Assembly: GCA_025603075.1 (NCBI GenBank)
Contig: MU626268.1
Location: 1 to 64,000 of the forward strand
Reading direction: 5' to 3'
From: Neoconidiobolus thromboides FSU 785
Lineage: Eukaryota; Fungi; Entomophthoromycota
DNA: 64,000 nucleotides
The notes beneath the pieces are model-generated. The model worked only from the letters and a program-made list of their open reading frames with translations, was not told the origin of the DNA and did no database searches. The first letter of the stretch is position 1, and the number at the start of each line of letters is the position of its first letter. Shown here in pieces: positions 13,373 through 24,829 of this stretch. Both the position numbers and the translations under genes were made by a program.

Positions 13373-13924
13373 TGTGAAATATCACTTTGTCAGTTCCATA
13401 ATTGATTATAGCATAATAAACTTGTGCTCTCAAGTTCAGAGCCAACTAATCTCATACTCTTATTTTGATTTGCTATGAGAATTTCTAACTACATTCCAAA
13501 TATGGTGATGTATTTTTGTATTTGAATTTTACTACCAATTTTTCCGCTCAAATAATGCTTAAAAAATGGAAAAAGTGATGAAACCAAAAAAACATCACTA
13601 AATTATTCTCTCGTTTTGATATCTATACTTGTTGGAATGTAAAAGAGATTCTAGAATACGCTAACTCGAAGCTTTTTAACTGAATTATTCTCTGATATCT
13701 CATACCTTTAATAAAGGTATTAAATTTCCTTGATAGTATTTTACGTAGATTTTATATTACTACTGTCTATTCTATTTGTCTTACGTAGTCCATAGCCTAT
13801 TACGTGATATTCTTCATAATTCAAGCCTATCTTAATGACTTAAACTAAGACCTTTTGACTTATAGCTAGTCAACCAATCAAGAACTGCTTTTGACTTTAA
13901 TCACTGAGTACCACAGATTTCAGA
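13373..13924 (+). mobile_element. Solo-LTR-like family L, full copy interrupted by a MITE
   Basis: TGTGAAATATCAC...AGATTTCAGA; flanked by GCAAG on both sides; collinear with 55800-56262 once 13503-13600 is removed. Confidence 0.85.
13503..13600 (+). mobile_element. MITE family A copy nested inside L element
   Basis: Inserted between CATTCCAAA and TATTCTCTC, which are nearly contiguous in the uninterrupted copy at 55929-55950. Confidence 0.9.
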
Positions 13925-13959
13925 GCAAGTAAGCAGTTTATTAAATAACAAGAATGTAA

Positions 13960-14175
13960 ATAATTATAACAATAAATAAAAACTATTATCATATTGCTTA
14001 TACTGTATAAAAATAGTTAATTATAGTTTCGAGGCTAACCACTCCTTTTTGTGCAGCTATTTATTAATTTAGTAATAATATATTAACATAATTATAACAT
14101 TAAAATAGTTTATTCATTCAATAGCAAACCTGTAATATCGATTACAGAGCAGCTGGTGGTAAATATTTTTCAATA
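13960..14175 (+). repeat. Dispersed repeat family M (empty-site copy)
   Basis: Collinear with 55730-55799 + 56263-56410: AAAAACTAT...TTAATTATAGTTT|GAGG|CTAACCACTC...CAGCTATTTATTAA...AATAGCAA. Confidence 0.7.
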
Positions 14176-14413
14176 AATTAACTTAAAGTTGTGTCAAGTA
14201 CTTTTGTTTTTTAATAAGAAAAAAAGTATAATTATATTTGATAGTACTTTACTTTGTAAGTCAATCAGATAGATAAATATCAGCTATAGTTTGGTTTAAA
14301 TACAAGCTTTATAAGAAATATTTTTACATATTTTGTGAAAATGATAAATACCTTTGTTTATACTATATTAAGGGTGATGCTTTTATAAATCCTACTAATG
14401 ATAAAATGATATA

Positions 14414-14511
14414 TAAGGATGTTTTTTGGCTTCATTACTTTTCCCATCTTTTAAGCGCTATTTGAGTGGAAAGATTGTTATCAAAGCTCTTAAATACAAA
14501 AATACCCCCCA
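14414..14511 (-). mobile_element. MITE family A copy
   Basis: GGATGTTTTTTGGCTTCATTAC...TTAAGCGCTATTTGAGTGGAAAGATTGTT...AAAAATACCCCCCA-TA. Confidence 0.9.
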
Positions 14512-15806
14512 TATCATGACAAAAATAACGATTTCTCTATTATTGATGATGATGGTTATTCCTTAAGCTAGAGTGCCGATCAGCACAGTCTTTTGAAGAT
14601 GATTCTATAAAGATGATTATAGATTTTTTTAATGACAATCGTAAATTTACTTTAAGATATTATCATAGAGTATTAGTAGAGTTAACTATCAGTGTATAAT
14701 TTCCCTCTCAGTTCATCCGAAATTGATGAAATTTTCCCTTTTTTATTAAAGATAGTGGTTTTTATCCAACTATAAAAGAATATAATTGACACTATAAAAA
14801 ATAGAAATCTACATATTATCAATTACTTAATTTTTAATTTCTTTTTACATAATCATTGGAAATGTTATAACGTAAAAATACCTTGTTTTACATATACTCC
14901 CTTAAGATTTCTTATTTTAATGATAATGTTAAAGTTTTTTTTAGTTAGCATTTGATTGTTTTATAGTACTCAATACTAATTTTTAATGACCAATGTTTTA
15001 CTATTATTTAATAATTTTTGTTAGCTTCAATCCATAGAAACTAAAATAAATTTTCAGTAATGATAATAAAAAACAAGTTTTATTTGAAGTATTTTAAATA
15101 AAGGATTTCAGATTTTCAATAAAATTAAATTTTCTTAGTATTTTTTGGGATATCGAAAACGTGGGTATGGACTGATTTGTATTAAAAACCAAAATTTAAT
15201 TGCTTGAATATCAAGTTTAATTTGTGAAAAATTTTATTTTTATTCAGGGGGATGACAAAGCGGACTTTTTTAGAAGCGAAATTAAAGATAGAAAAAATCG
15301 ACTATAACTTTACTTTTCTTAGATGTTTTCTAAATATTAATTATGATATTATTATTTATTATATAGCATTATGTGATTATTCTATCTGCTTTAATTTTCC
15401 TCCTCCTTGACTTAATTCATTACTGATGATAAAATTGATCCAAGCTTAACTGTTTACTCCAGTTTTTCAAAAGTAACAAAACAAGAATAAGTCAATTTCT
15501 TAAATGTAAAAAAACAAGCATATAATTCATGCAATAAAAGACGGTATTTATTACCAATGAATAAAGTTGATTTTAATATCATGGGGGATACTATTGGTTT
15601 TTATTTCCCTCCTTTCAAGACACAAGTAATTAACCCCAGGTTCAAATGACACTTACCACCCCTTAAAAAATAGTTAAAGTAAAGACAAAGCTTAAAATAG
15701 TCAAATAAAATTGAAAAAAAAAAGATATAAAAACAATGATGAGAAACAATTTGTATATTATTAACCATTTTAAATTTTTCAAAGTTTTTTTACATACTCA
15801 TTTTAA

Positions 15807-16133
15807 ATGTTGGAACGTAAGGGCACCTTTAAACGTTTATTATCTAAATTTAAACGTAGTAAACAAAATGAATCAAAGGACAGCTTTGAATCTTTAGAAG
15901 AAAAAAGAGAATTTGAGATGAACAAAAGGATGTTAGGTCGTACTAGTATTGATGCTAGACAACTTCGATTTAGTTTTTCAAATAATAGTTTAACTTCAGA
16001 TAATGATAATAACAGTAACAATTGTGCTAAAAGGTATACCATTGCTTTTGATGAACTTATTGACTTTAATTCCTGTTTTAATAATACAACTATCAAATTA
16101 TCGATTACACCTGCTTTGTTAACAGAGTCTTAA
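15807..16133 (+). CDS. Small hypothetical protein (108 aa)
   Basis: ATG-initiated ORF after an A/T-rich leader; basic N-terminus and C-terminal FDELI...TIKLSITP segment; no recognisable domain. Confidence 0.6.
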   Translation: MLERKGTFKRLLSKFKRSKQNESKDSFESLEEKREFEMNKRMLGRTSIDARQLRFSFSNNSLTSDNDNNSNNCAKRYTIAFDELIDFNSCFNNTTIKLSITPALLTES

Positions 16134-16506
16134 ATTGAAGATATTGTGATTGATAAGCTATTTTCTTATATTAATGGAGCTTTGGATGATTGATTATAAT
16201 CAATTTCTCCCTTATTTTTTTAAAAGACTGAGTCTTTTTTAATTTTGTTTATAATCTTTTTTTTACATATTTATAAATACGTCTTTTAATTTTTTTTAAA
16301 TTATAATAAAAATTACAATTTTTATTGATTATCTAATAAAATTTATTGATTTCTAATTTTGAAGAATAAATGGCAAAACTTAATAATCACCTGAATTTTA
16401 TTGGTTTGATTTATAACAAGTTTACTAAAAGAACAATATATAAACTAACTAATTATTTTACAATTATAATTAAGCCTTTTTTTATTTTATAAAAGTATTA
16501 ATTATT

Positions 16507-17136
16507 ATGTCTCGTTTAACCAAAATTCATATTCCATATTATTCTTTCTATGGTCATATTCACAAGCTTGCGAAAGCACTTAAAACAGGTGCCGAAAAGG
16601 TACCAGGGGTACAAGCTACCTTATTTCAAATCCCAGAAACAGTACCAAAAGAGATCCTTGAACGTATTAAAGCACCAGCCAAACCAGCAGATGTATCTGT
16701 GATCACAGCTGAAAATTTAAAAGAAGCAGATGGGTTTTTATTTGGTATGCCTACCCGTTTTGGTACTTTACCAGCTCAACAAAAAAACTTTTGGGATCAA
16801 TTAGGTGGCTTATGGGCAAGTAATGCTCTCCATGGTAAATTTGCGGGTACTTTTGTAGCTTCAAATACTCAACACGGTGGTCAAGAATCTACTCATTTAA
16901 CTTTTATTCCTACTTTAGTTCATTTTGGTATGATCTATGTACCTTTAGGTTATGCTTCAAAACATCTTAATGAAGAATTGGAAGTGATTGGGGGTTCTCC
17001 TTATGGTGCATCTGCAGTAGTAGGTAACTCAGGTAAGGTTGAAGTACATCCTAAAGAATTAGAAATTGCTGAAATTCAAGGTGAAAATTTTGCTAAAGTT
17101 GTGTCACAATATGTTAATGGGGCTAAAAGTAATTAA
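16507..17136 (+). CDS. wrbA: NAD(P)H:quinone oxidoreductase type IV (WrbA/Pst2/Ycp4 flavodoxin-like)
   Basis: YYSFYGHIHKLA FMN loop, GMPTRFG, HGGQEST and GGSPYGA motifs; 209 aa. Confidence 0.96.
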   Translation: MSRLTKIHIPYYSFYGHIHKLAKALKTGAEKVPGVQATLFQIPETVPKEILERIKAPAKPADVSVITAENLKEADGFLFGMPTRFGTLPAQQKNFWDQLGGLWASNALHGKFAGTFVASNTQHGGQESTHLTFIPTLVHFGMIYVPLGYASKHLNEELEVIGGSPYGASAVVGNSGKVEVHPKELEIAEIQGENFAKVVSQYVNGAKSN

Positions 17137-17306
17137 ATTGAATGTATGAAAATTAAATAAAATATTTAGAAAATTTATAATAATGATAACATAAAATTTA
17201 TTTTTAATTATAAAGGAGAAAGTAAATCAGAAGAAATAAGAAAGAAAAAAGTAAAGTAAAATAAGATAAATCAAAAGAAGTTTAAGATAAAATAAGAATA
17301 AGATTA

Positions 17307-18713
17307 TTAAGAAATAAAATGATTTGAAGTAACAGATAATATAGTATTATCTTTAGAATCCCGATCTATTTTTTTATATTGTAAATTAACTAATGTTTTA
17401 TCAAACATTAATGATTTTGTATTATCAATCCATATTGGTTTTAATTGATAACTTGGTTGTGGTTTATGATGACCGTAGTATTCTTGATTTTTGTTTTTAT
17501 TTTCATATTTAATATATATTAAACTGCCTAATAAAAATAAAAACATACTTAATGTTAATAATACTCCTATTAATACCCATGGAGATTTAGCATTCGAAGT
17601 TGTTATTGAATTATATAAATTAAGATCATTTAATGTACTATTACTTGATGTGTTATTATTGTTATTATTTTGAATTGGTATAAATACATTAGTACTATTC
17701 ATTGTTTGTAGATCTAATAAATAAGTTTCATCTGTAAATAATTGCATACCACCAAATGATTGTATTATATAATTTTGATAATTTAATAAACAAGAGTCTA
17801 AATTTAATTGAAATAAATAATTGTTTTTCAATAAAATTTTTTTCCATTTTAAATTATTTAAATTTAATTGATAAATAAATTGATTTTTTAATTCTAAAGC
17901 ATATAAATAATTATTATTATTAATAAATCGATAATTATTCATTGGTGGTATATCTCCTATTAATTTTTGAATTTGGAATTTATATGTATTTAAATTAAAT
18001 ATTGTTAATTTATCTAATGCTAATAATTGTGGTGAATAGCCATAAACGGATAATATTTGATTTTGATAATAAAAAGAATAATGGCCTAATATAGATTGAT
18101 ATTGAGTATTATTAATTAATTTCCATTGATCTGTTTTTATATTGTAAATATAAATATTACTAATAAATCTGTTCTCATTTTTTTCATTTGATATTAAACC
18201 ACCATATAATATAAATTCATTTTTATTATTATTATTTTGAGTAAATGTATGTCCAATCAATGAAATTGAATTTAAATATGCTTCTTTATTATTAAAATAT
18301 AGTTGAAATAAAGGATGAGATTGAATATTTAATGTTTTCATCTTATAATTTTTACTTAAATAAATTTTTTGAAATAAGTTTTGATTATTTCGATTAATAC
18401 CACCTAACATTAACAAATCATTATTATAATTGTTTAATGTCATATTACTTGGTAAGTTACTAATTGGGTCAACATTCTCTTGTTGCCAAGGTGCTACAGA
18501 TTGATTTAACTCTATAGTTTGATTTAAAGACAATGAAAATAAATACGAATTACTTATTTGTGTACGTGAATTGCTTAAAAAATAACCGCCAACATAATAT
18601 ATTTTATTTTGAACTATAGCACATTCCCCATAATTTAATCGAATACTTGTCACTAATACTTGTTTATGTTGGAATAAAAACAATATTGAAAACAACAAAA
18701 TAATAATATTCAT
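17307..18713 (-). CDS. Kelch-type beta-propeller, type I membrane protein (paralogue 2)
   Basis: Signal peptide; YYVGG, LMLGG, ILYGG blades; shared APWQQ and DSCLLN..NY.IQSFG motifs with paralogue 1; single TM (WVLIGVLLTLSMFLFLLGSLIYI). Confidence 0.85.
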   Translation of the reverse strand: MNIIILLFSILFLFQHKQVLVTSIRLNYGECAIVQNKIYYVGGYFLSNSRTQISNSYLFSLSLNQTIELNQSVAPWQQENVDPISNLPSNMTLNNYNNDLLMLGGINRNNQNLFQKIYLSKNYKMKTLNIQSHPLFQLYFNNKEAYLNSISLIGHTFTQNNNNKNEFILYGGLISNEKNENRFISNIYIYNIKTDQWKLINNTQYQSILGHYSFYYQNQILSVYGYSPQLLALDKLTIFNLNTYKFQIQKLIGDIPPMNNYRFINNNNYLYALELKNQFIYQLNLNNLKWKKILLKNNYLFQLNLDSCLLNYQNYIIQSFGGMQLFTDETYLLDLQTMNSTNVFIPIQNNNNNNTSSNSTLNDLNLYNSITTSNAKSPWVLIGVLLTLSMFLFLLGSLIYIKYENKNKNQEYYGHHKPQPSYQLKPIWIDNTKSLMFDKTLVNLQYKKIDRDSKDNTILSVTSNHFIS

Positions 18714-20589
18714 AGTTATATTGGAAAAATAATTGTAATAAAAAAAAGAAGAAAGAGACAGTTAATTTAAAATGAATACTTGATATTATCATTGGAATTA
18801 ATTGAAAGTTGGTATATTTCTTAATTTAGTAACTACACTAATTGATTTGAATTCTTATTTCTACAAATTATTTCATAGTTGAATGCTCCATGAGTCAATT
18901 ATAAATAATAAATTATGTTTTATTTGTTTTATTGAGTTATTTAATATCTTACTGATAATTGATAGAAGTAGAATTGCTTATATAAATTAGTAGACATAGT
19001 ATAAACACAATACATTCAACTTAATATATCTAAAAATCCATTTAACTACCTCACTAATTAAAATAAAATAAGAACCTATTATCTATTTCTATTATAAAAA
19101 GTACTTTAATAAAAATAGAAATCATCTGTTCAACTCGAAAAACAATTTGTATTTATACTAAAATCATACAGCACGTATCAACACTCTGAGTATCAAATAT
19201 TCTTTTTAAGCAACAGACCATGCAGTAGCCAAATATCGAAGCCTTTTATAAATTTCTAACAATAATTTATTTAGTTTTTACTACTATTTAATTTTAAATA
19301 TTAAATAAATTATACCAAATTAAAATTTCAAAAATAATCAAAAATTGACCTAAGAGATTTTTTTTGCTATTGCTTAAAACTAAAGCGAAATTTGTTGAAA
19401 TATTCAATGTCGTGATAAACCATCTTTCCTTTGCACTGGGAACTAGATCTAAAGTATTTAATTACTAACGGATCCGCATTGAATACTTTACTTGGATTTA
19501 CTTCGGGCTTTAGTAATTTTGCATACAATCATTTTTAATACCTATAAATTGAACGTAAATACTTGTTGTAAGTGATAACTTTATCACTATACTAATATTG
19601 TATATAGTAATTTAAAAAAAAAAACATAAACTTTATTTTTAATTCTTTGTTAAAAAATTGGGATATTAAATGCTGGGAGTAATTGAAGTAACGTTATAAA
19701 AGGATTAAGGCAAAAGATAAAGGTATCAGTTGTGTGAACGATGCTTACAATTATCTAAAACTGGATTAGGTTTGAGAAAAGGTTTTATATTGATTGATAT
19801 CAGTTTGAATTTTATATTAAAGGAGGTAGGTATAGTTGAGTTTTGTAAGAAATAAATATTCAAATTAACAATCAATCCTCTATAGTACTAAAACGCTATA
19901 AAGATAAGCTTGTGAGGATATATATAATGGATATACAATTAGTAATATAAAATGACCTAATAAGACGGTGTCTAGAAACAGTTGTAGATGTAAACGATGA
20001 TTGTTAAATAATGTTTCGTCTAAAACGGTCTTATAAAATGAACCCTGTTTTAATAAGAAGTATTAGAAAAACAGATATTAAAACTTAAAATAAGTTTTCC
20101 TTAAGCTAGAAAGTAACTATGATTTAATATACATTTAATAGGTCGATACAAAAATGAAAACAAGGCTAATAGTAAGCGTTTTAATATTGTATTTTAACTC
20201 CTTACAAAAAGGAAAGTGAACTTTATTATAATATACCTTGTTATCAAGGTTACATAACAAAAAGTCAATATTAATATTATAAATAAATTTCAACTTTTAA
20301 TAAATGTTATAGATTTACTTTGTTCCAACTGGCTTAATGTTAATCTTACTGTTTTATTATAAAAAGTCCGATTTACATCAAATATAATAAATATAATAAA
20401 TATAAACAATAAAAAAAGTAATAAAGATAAATATAATTGTATGTAACCTTATAAGTTAAACAGATTAATTTAGAATATTTGACCTTATTTGAAAACAAAA
20501 AAATATAGAAAAGTATAAAAGTAAAAATAATATCTTCAATGAAAATATAACAATATTTTCCGATTATGCCTATAATTTATCTCATTTTA

Positions 20590-22272
20590 GACTTTTTTAA
20601 AGCTCCCTTATAGTATGTGATTAAGAACACAAAAATATGATATAAACAATAAATCGGAATTACAATAGTTGATAATAGTAGTAAAATAACTGGATCATAA
20701 ATATCAGCATCCTTAACTGGAACAAAGAACATTTGATGCGATACTGAATAAGGTGTTTAGTTTTACATGGCGATAAATTAGAATTAGCATCATAAGGTTC
20801 GTGCTTTCCATATGATTCAGTAGTATATGTATACTACTCAAGCAAATCAGCTGTACAATCGAGTCTCTTAGCTATAATGAGAAATAATTTTTATTCTTAA
20901 TAGGTTTGATTGAAATTTATCATTCTTATCTTCAATAATTATCTTAATCTGACCACTCAAAAAATTCAGAGTAAATGTGAATTTGTTAACATAAAAGCCA
21001 GACCTTACCTTCTCTAATTTCCATTTTTTAATTTATCTTCAAATGATACTAAATATAACACAGATATATTTGAATAAGTAGATTTAGATATAGATTCTAA
21101 ACCACCATAGGATAGAATAATTTAATATTCATGACTCAAAACAGATACTTCTAATGCCTAGCGCAATAATCATATGTTTTTATTCCTTCTTTTGAATAAC
21201 CCCGTTACTTTTATTTTCCCACCCTTACCACGATTTATTTAGATTGGAAAATCATCTTGTTTAAGTTTATCTAATCACCACACTATGCTATCAATAATTC
21301 GTCCTTTAATTGCTAGTAAGAACCATTGTAATATCTTTTTGGTTATACTATCGTTTAATATGGAATGTAAGCTAAAAGTAATAAATAAGGCATTTTGATG
21401 TCTGTAAAAGAATTCCAATTCAGAGGTTAAGGTATCTTTATTTCTAGGCATAATTTAACTAATGTGAATTAAGTTTGGCATTAATATGATTGCTGGTTCA
21501 AATCCGATAAAACTATTAGCAACATTTAATCCATAGTTAAACCCAGGGTTCAAACCATTAACATAAGGAACTTGATGTATCTTTCTTAATTATTCGATTT
21601 AATAAGGCTAAAAAGATAGTATATTTTAATTACTAGTTTTATAATTTGATAATTGAAACGTTCAATAAAGAACATCTTTTTTATATAAATTAGATGATAT
21701 TTAAATTCTTGAGTAACAAATGGTTTATTGATTAATCCGATACCATCTGTTATTTGATAACTAACAACTAAAGGTATACTTAAACGTTTCACTAAATCAA
21801 TACGGGAATGAGCAAAAAAACTACAAATCAAAAGATCTGGCTTGGATTCAATAAAATACTCTTTAAGTGGTACAAAAGAAACTTGATAATATTTAATAAA
21901 AAGCATACTTGAAGATCTTGTCATAGATCTCGAACTTTTACTAGTCTCAGATTGAGGTATCATTTATTTTGATTTGTTACAAATCATGTTATATTTTTTA
22001 ATCTCTGTTTTTGCATCGTCTATAGTATAATTTTTTATATTATATTATTGAACAAATTGAGTGTTTTGTTGTAATGTTACATAAGTTACCTCAAGAACTC
22101 TCTTTACTAACTCAATGCCAACTTCTAAAAGTGATTTTATGTGGCTTCTATCACCAGATGAACAGTGCAATCTAATGCTCAATCTATTATTAGACAGGTA
22201 GCTTTTGCTTTTTAATAAAAGTGCTCCATAATTTGAATAAACAAAAGTTAAAATTAAAGTTAAAAAAATCAT
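20590..22272 (-). pseudogene. UDP-glycosyltransferase (GT1/UGT) pseudogene
   Basis: SSGDRSHIKSLLEVGIELVKR (N-terminal His motif), KPDLLICSFF, decayed signature LSYGGLESI.KSTYSNISVL..SFEDK near 21010-21120, C-terminal TM; many stops and frameshifts. Confidence 0.8.
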
Positions 22273-22495
22273 TCTATTTGATTTTAGTTTGATAGATTTA
22301 TTATGTTTATATAGTCTAATTTTTATGTGTTTGATGATAGGATCCATAAATCATTATTGATTTTTAATGTTAACGATAAAAAGATGTCAAATTAAATGCA
22401 AAGTTAAATTAAACTTAAAATCAGACTTGTTTTCAAGTTTATCTCCAACAAGGTTTCTTTTAATTATTGACTAATGTCAGAGATATTTGAATATA

Positions 22496-22593
22496 TGGTG
22501 ATATATTTTTGTGTTTAAGATTTTACTAACAAATTTTCCGCTTAAATAATGCTTAAAAAATGGAAAAAATAATGAAGTCAAAAACACTCCCTA
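22496..22593 (+). mobile_element. MITE family A copy
   Basis: TA-TGGTGATATATTTTTGTGTTTAAG...AATGAAGTCAAAAACACTCCC. Confidence 0.88.
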
Positions 22594-22676
22594 TGTTTCT
22601 TTTTTTATTATAATATGCTACCATTATCAAATTTAAAGCTTTAAATTTATTCTGCAATTCTTTTAATGAATTACAA

Positions 22677-22907
22677 TCAGCAAAATAAATACTCAAAAAT
22701 TACCAAAAGCTTTATAAAACCTTCATTATGTCGAATATTGAATTTAAATGTCTTTAACTTAATATAATAAGTTGAAACTATTGATAAATTTAGCCTACTT
22801 GAATCATTCATACATCCTAGTATAGCTAATTCACCATTGTAAAGTATGCATAAATTAGTAATATTGGTACAATATTTTAGATGATAATACCTAGCATTAT
22901 TATTCAA
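22677..22907 (-). pseudogene. Possible fragment of the F-box/LRR family
   Basis: HLKYCTNITNL resembles YLNYCSNIKSI of 53632-55080; otherwise weak. Confidence 0.3.
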
Positions 22908-23047
22908 GTTTATAAATATTGGTGCTTTTTATTCATATTTATAAATTTATTTTTAATTAAAATTTTTTAAATAATCTTGTATTTTTAAATGTATTAAATA
23001 TTTGGTAAAAGTTGAGATTAAAATAAATGCATCTAGACCAGATAAAA

Positions 23048-23118
23048 TGCAATGTCCGGGAATCGAACCCGGGGCTGCCGCGTGGCAGGCGGCAATTTTA
23101 CCACTAAACCAACATTGC
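23048..23118 (-). tRNA. tRNA-Gly(GCC), identical to 11646-11716
   Basis: Exact reverse complement of the first copy. Confidence 0.97.
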
Positions 23119-23172
23119 ATGTAAATAGAAATGTTAAAAATATTATAATGATTACCTTCAGAATTTTTTATT

Positions 23173-23247
23173 TGGGGATATATTTGTATTTAAATTTTAC
23201 TAACAATTTTTCCACCCAAATAGTGTTTAAAAGATGGAAAAAGTGAT
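23173..23247 (+). mobile_element. MITE family A copy, 3'-truncated, 54 bp upstream of tRNA-Gly
   Basis: TGGGGATATATTTGTATTTAAATTTTACTAACAATTTTTCCACCCAAATAGTGTTTAAAAGATGGAAAAAGTGAT. Confidence 0.85.
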
Positions 23248-23379
23248 ATGATTAATATGAAAGATAATACTGTTGATTGATTGGATGTTAGTTGTATTTT
23301 ATTTAATACTAATATAACTTTATAATAGGCTTTTCTAATTAATTAATTAATTCAAGTCTAAATTGTATATCAAATAATA

Positions 23380-23472
23380 TAGGGATGTTTTTTTAATTTC
23401 ATCACTTTTATTTTTTGACCATTATTTGAGCAGAAAAACTGTTGGCAAAATTCTTAAGAAAATACATTCTTG
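23380..23472 (-). mobile_element. MITE family A copy (degenerate)
   Basis: AGGGATGTTTTTTTAATTTCATCAC...TATTTGAGCAGAAAA...AAAATTCTTAAG..AATACAT. Confidence 0.8.
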
Positions 23473-23872
23473 TATATATTTCTGCTTTAGAATAATCTTA
23501 AAATAAAACTTTTATTACTGTTTATTAAAAAAACTTGAATATTTACTTTTAAGTTAAATGCTTATCAGCTTGTTTAAATAAATATAATTACTATAATATT
23601 ATAATATAAATTTATTTTAAATACAAAAAGCATTACTTTCAAAATTATTGTACTTTATTTTTATATTAAAGCTTATACATTGTATAAATTGCTTTTTTAC
23701 TATACTTGTATTTACTATTTTATATAGTTTATTATATATTTAATTAACTAAGTGCTTTTACTACTAAAAGTTATTATGTTTTTAAATTCAGATACAATTG
23801 ATTTAAAAAAACGACTGTTACTATATTTTATATATATTTTTAATTTTTTATAATTAATATCATTACTATTAT

Positions 23873-23971
23873 TGAGGATGTTTTTTTTTGATTTCATCAC
23901 TTTTTTCATTTTTTAAGTGTTGTTTGAGTGAAAAGATTGTTAGTTATTCTTGAGCACAAAAACACACCTTA
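23873..23971 (-). mobile_element. MITE family A copy
   Basis: TGAGGATGTTTTTTTTTGATTTCATCAC...TTTGAGTGAAAAGATTGTTAG...CACAAAAACACACC. Confidence 0.85.
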
Positions 23972-24366
23972 TTTTTATTTTTATTTTACTAAATAACTTT
24001 TTTTTATTTTATATATTCTTTAATAAGTTTTATAAACTTTTTTATAAACTCAACCTTTTACAATTAGTATAAAATAATCATTATTAATATTAATATTAAT
24101 ATTAATATAGTTAAAATCAAAATCAAAATAACTCAAATAGTCATAACTATGATTGACATAATATATTAATTTTTTAATACCATATGGTAATGTATTTTAT
24201 TATTTACAGTAATTTTTGTTTTTAATTTTTTAAACTTTTTAGCTTAATTTTTAGCATTTTGCAACACTTTTATGTAGCTTATCTGATTGGTTATAGGTTT
24301 TTTTGCAACTTAAATACGCAAAGGTAATTATATAATATTGGCAGGTTTTTTAAAAGACGACACTAT

Positions 24367-24420
24367 ACGGAGATGTATTTTAAAAAAAATAGAAGTGATA
24401 AACCAAAGAAAACATCAATA
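24367..24420 (+). mobile_element. MITE family A, internally deleted remnant
   Basis: GGAGATGTATTTT joined to AGAAGTGATAAACCAAAGAAAACATC (both ends, no middle). Confidence 0.6.
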
Positions 24421-24462
24421 GCAATAATACATGATTATTAAAAAAGATTAGAGAATACTAAT

Positions 24463-24533
24463 TGCAATGTCCGGGAATCGAACCCGGGGCTGCCGCGTGG
24501 CAGGCGGCAATTTTACCACTAAACCAACATTGC
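24463..24533 (-). tRNA. tRNA-Gly(GCC), third identical copy
   Basis: Exact reverse complement of 11646-11716. Confidence 0.97.
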
Positions 24534-24730
24534 ATAAAACTAAACATCTTAAAAAAATTATATACGTTTTTTTTATAACTCAACCCTAAGTAAAAACCAA
24601 TTTAAAACGCGATTTGGACTAATATTACATTATAAAAAGATTTAGACAAAAGGTATCAGTTATGTATTTCCAAATCTATATTAGATAAAAGTTATTTACA
24701 GATAAAATCAAACAATTGATTTATTTTATA

Positions 24731-24829
24731 TGGGGATGTATTTTTGTGTTTAAGAATTTTACTCAAATTTTCCGCTAAATAGCACTTAAAAAATGGAAAA
24801 AATAATGAAGTTAAAGAAAAACACTCCCA
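24731..24829 (+). mobile_element. MITE family A copy
   Basis: TA-TGGGGATGTATTTTTGTGTTTAAGAATTTTAC...AAAAACACTCCCA-TA. Confidence 0.92.

Noticed and set aside
19959-20034. Weak inverted repeat ATAAGAC..GTCTTAT
   Set aside because: Only about 20-bp arms with several mismatches; not convincing in this base composition.
23052-23246. 64-aa ORF MSGNRTRG...
   Set aside because: It is the antisense of tRNA-Gly running into a MITE.
23048-24533. Segmental duplication carrying the tRNA-Gly copies
   Set aside because: Identity is limited to the 71-nt gene; flanks are unrelated, as is normal for multicopy tRNAs.
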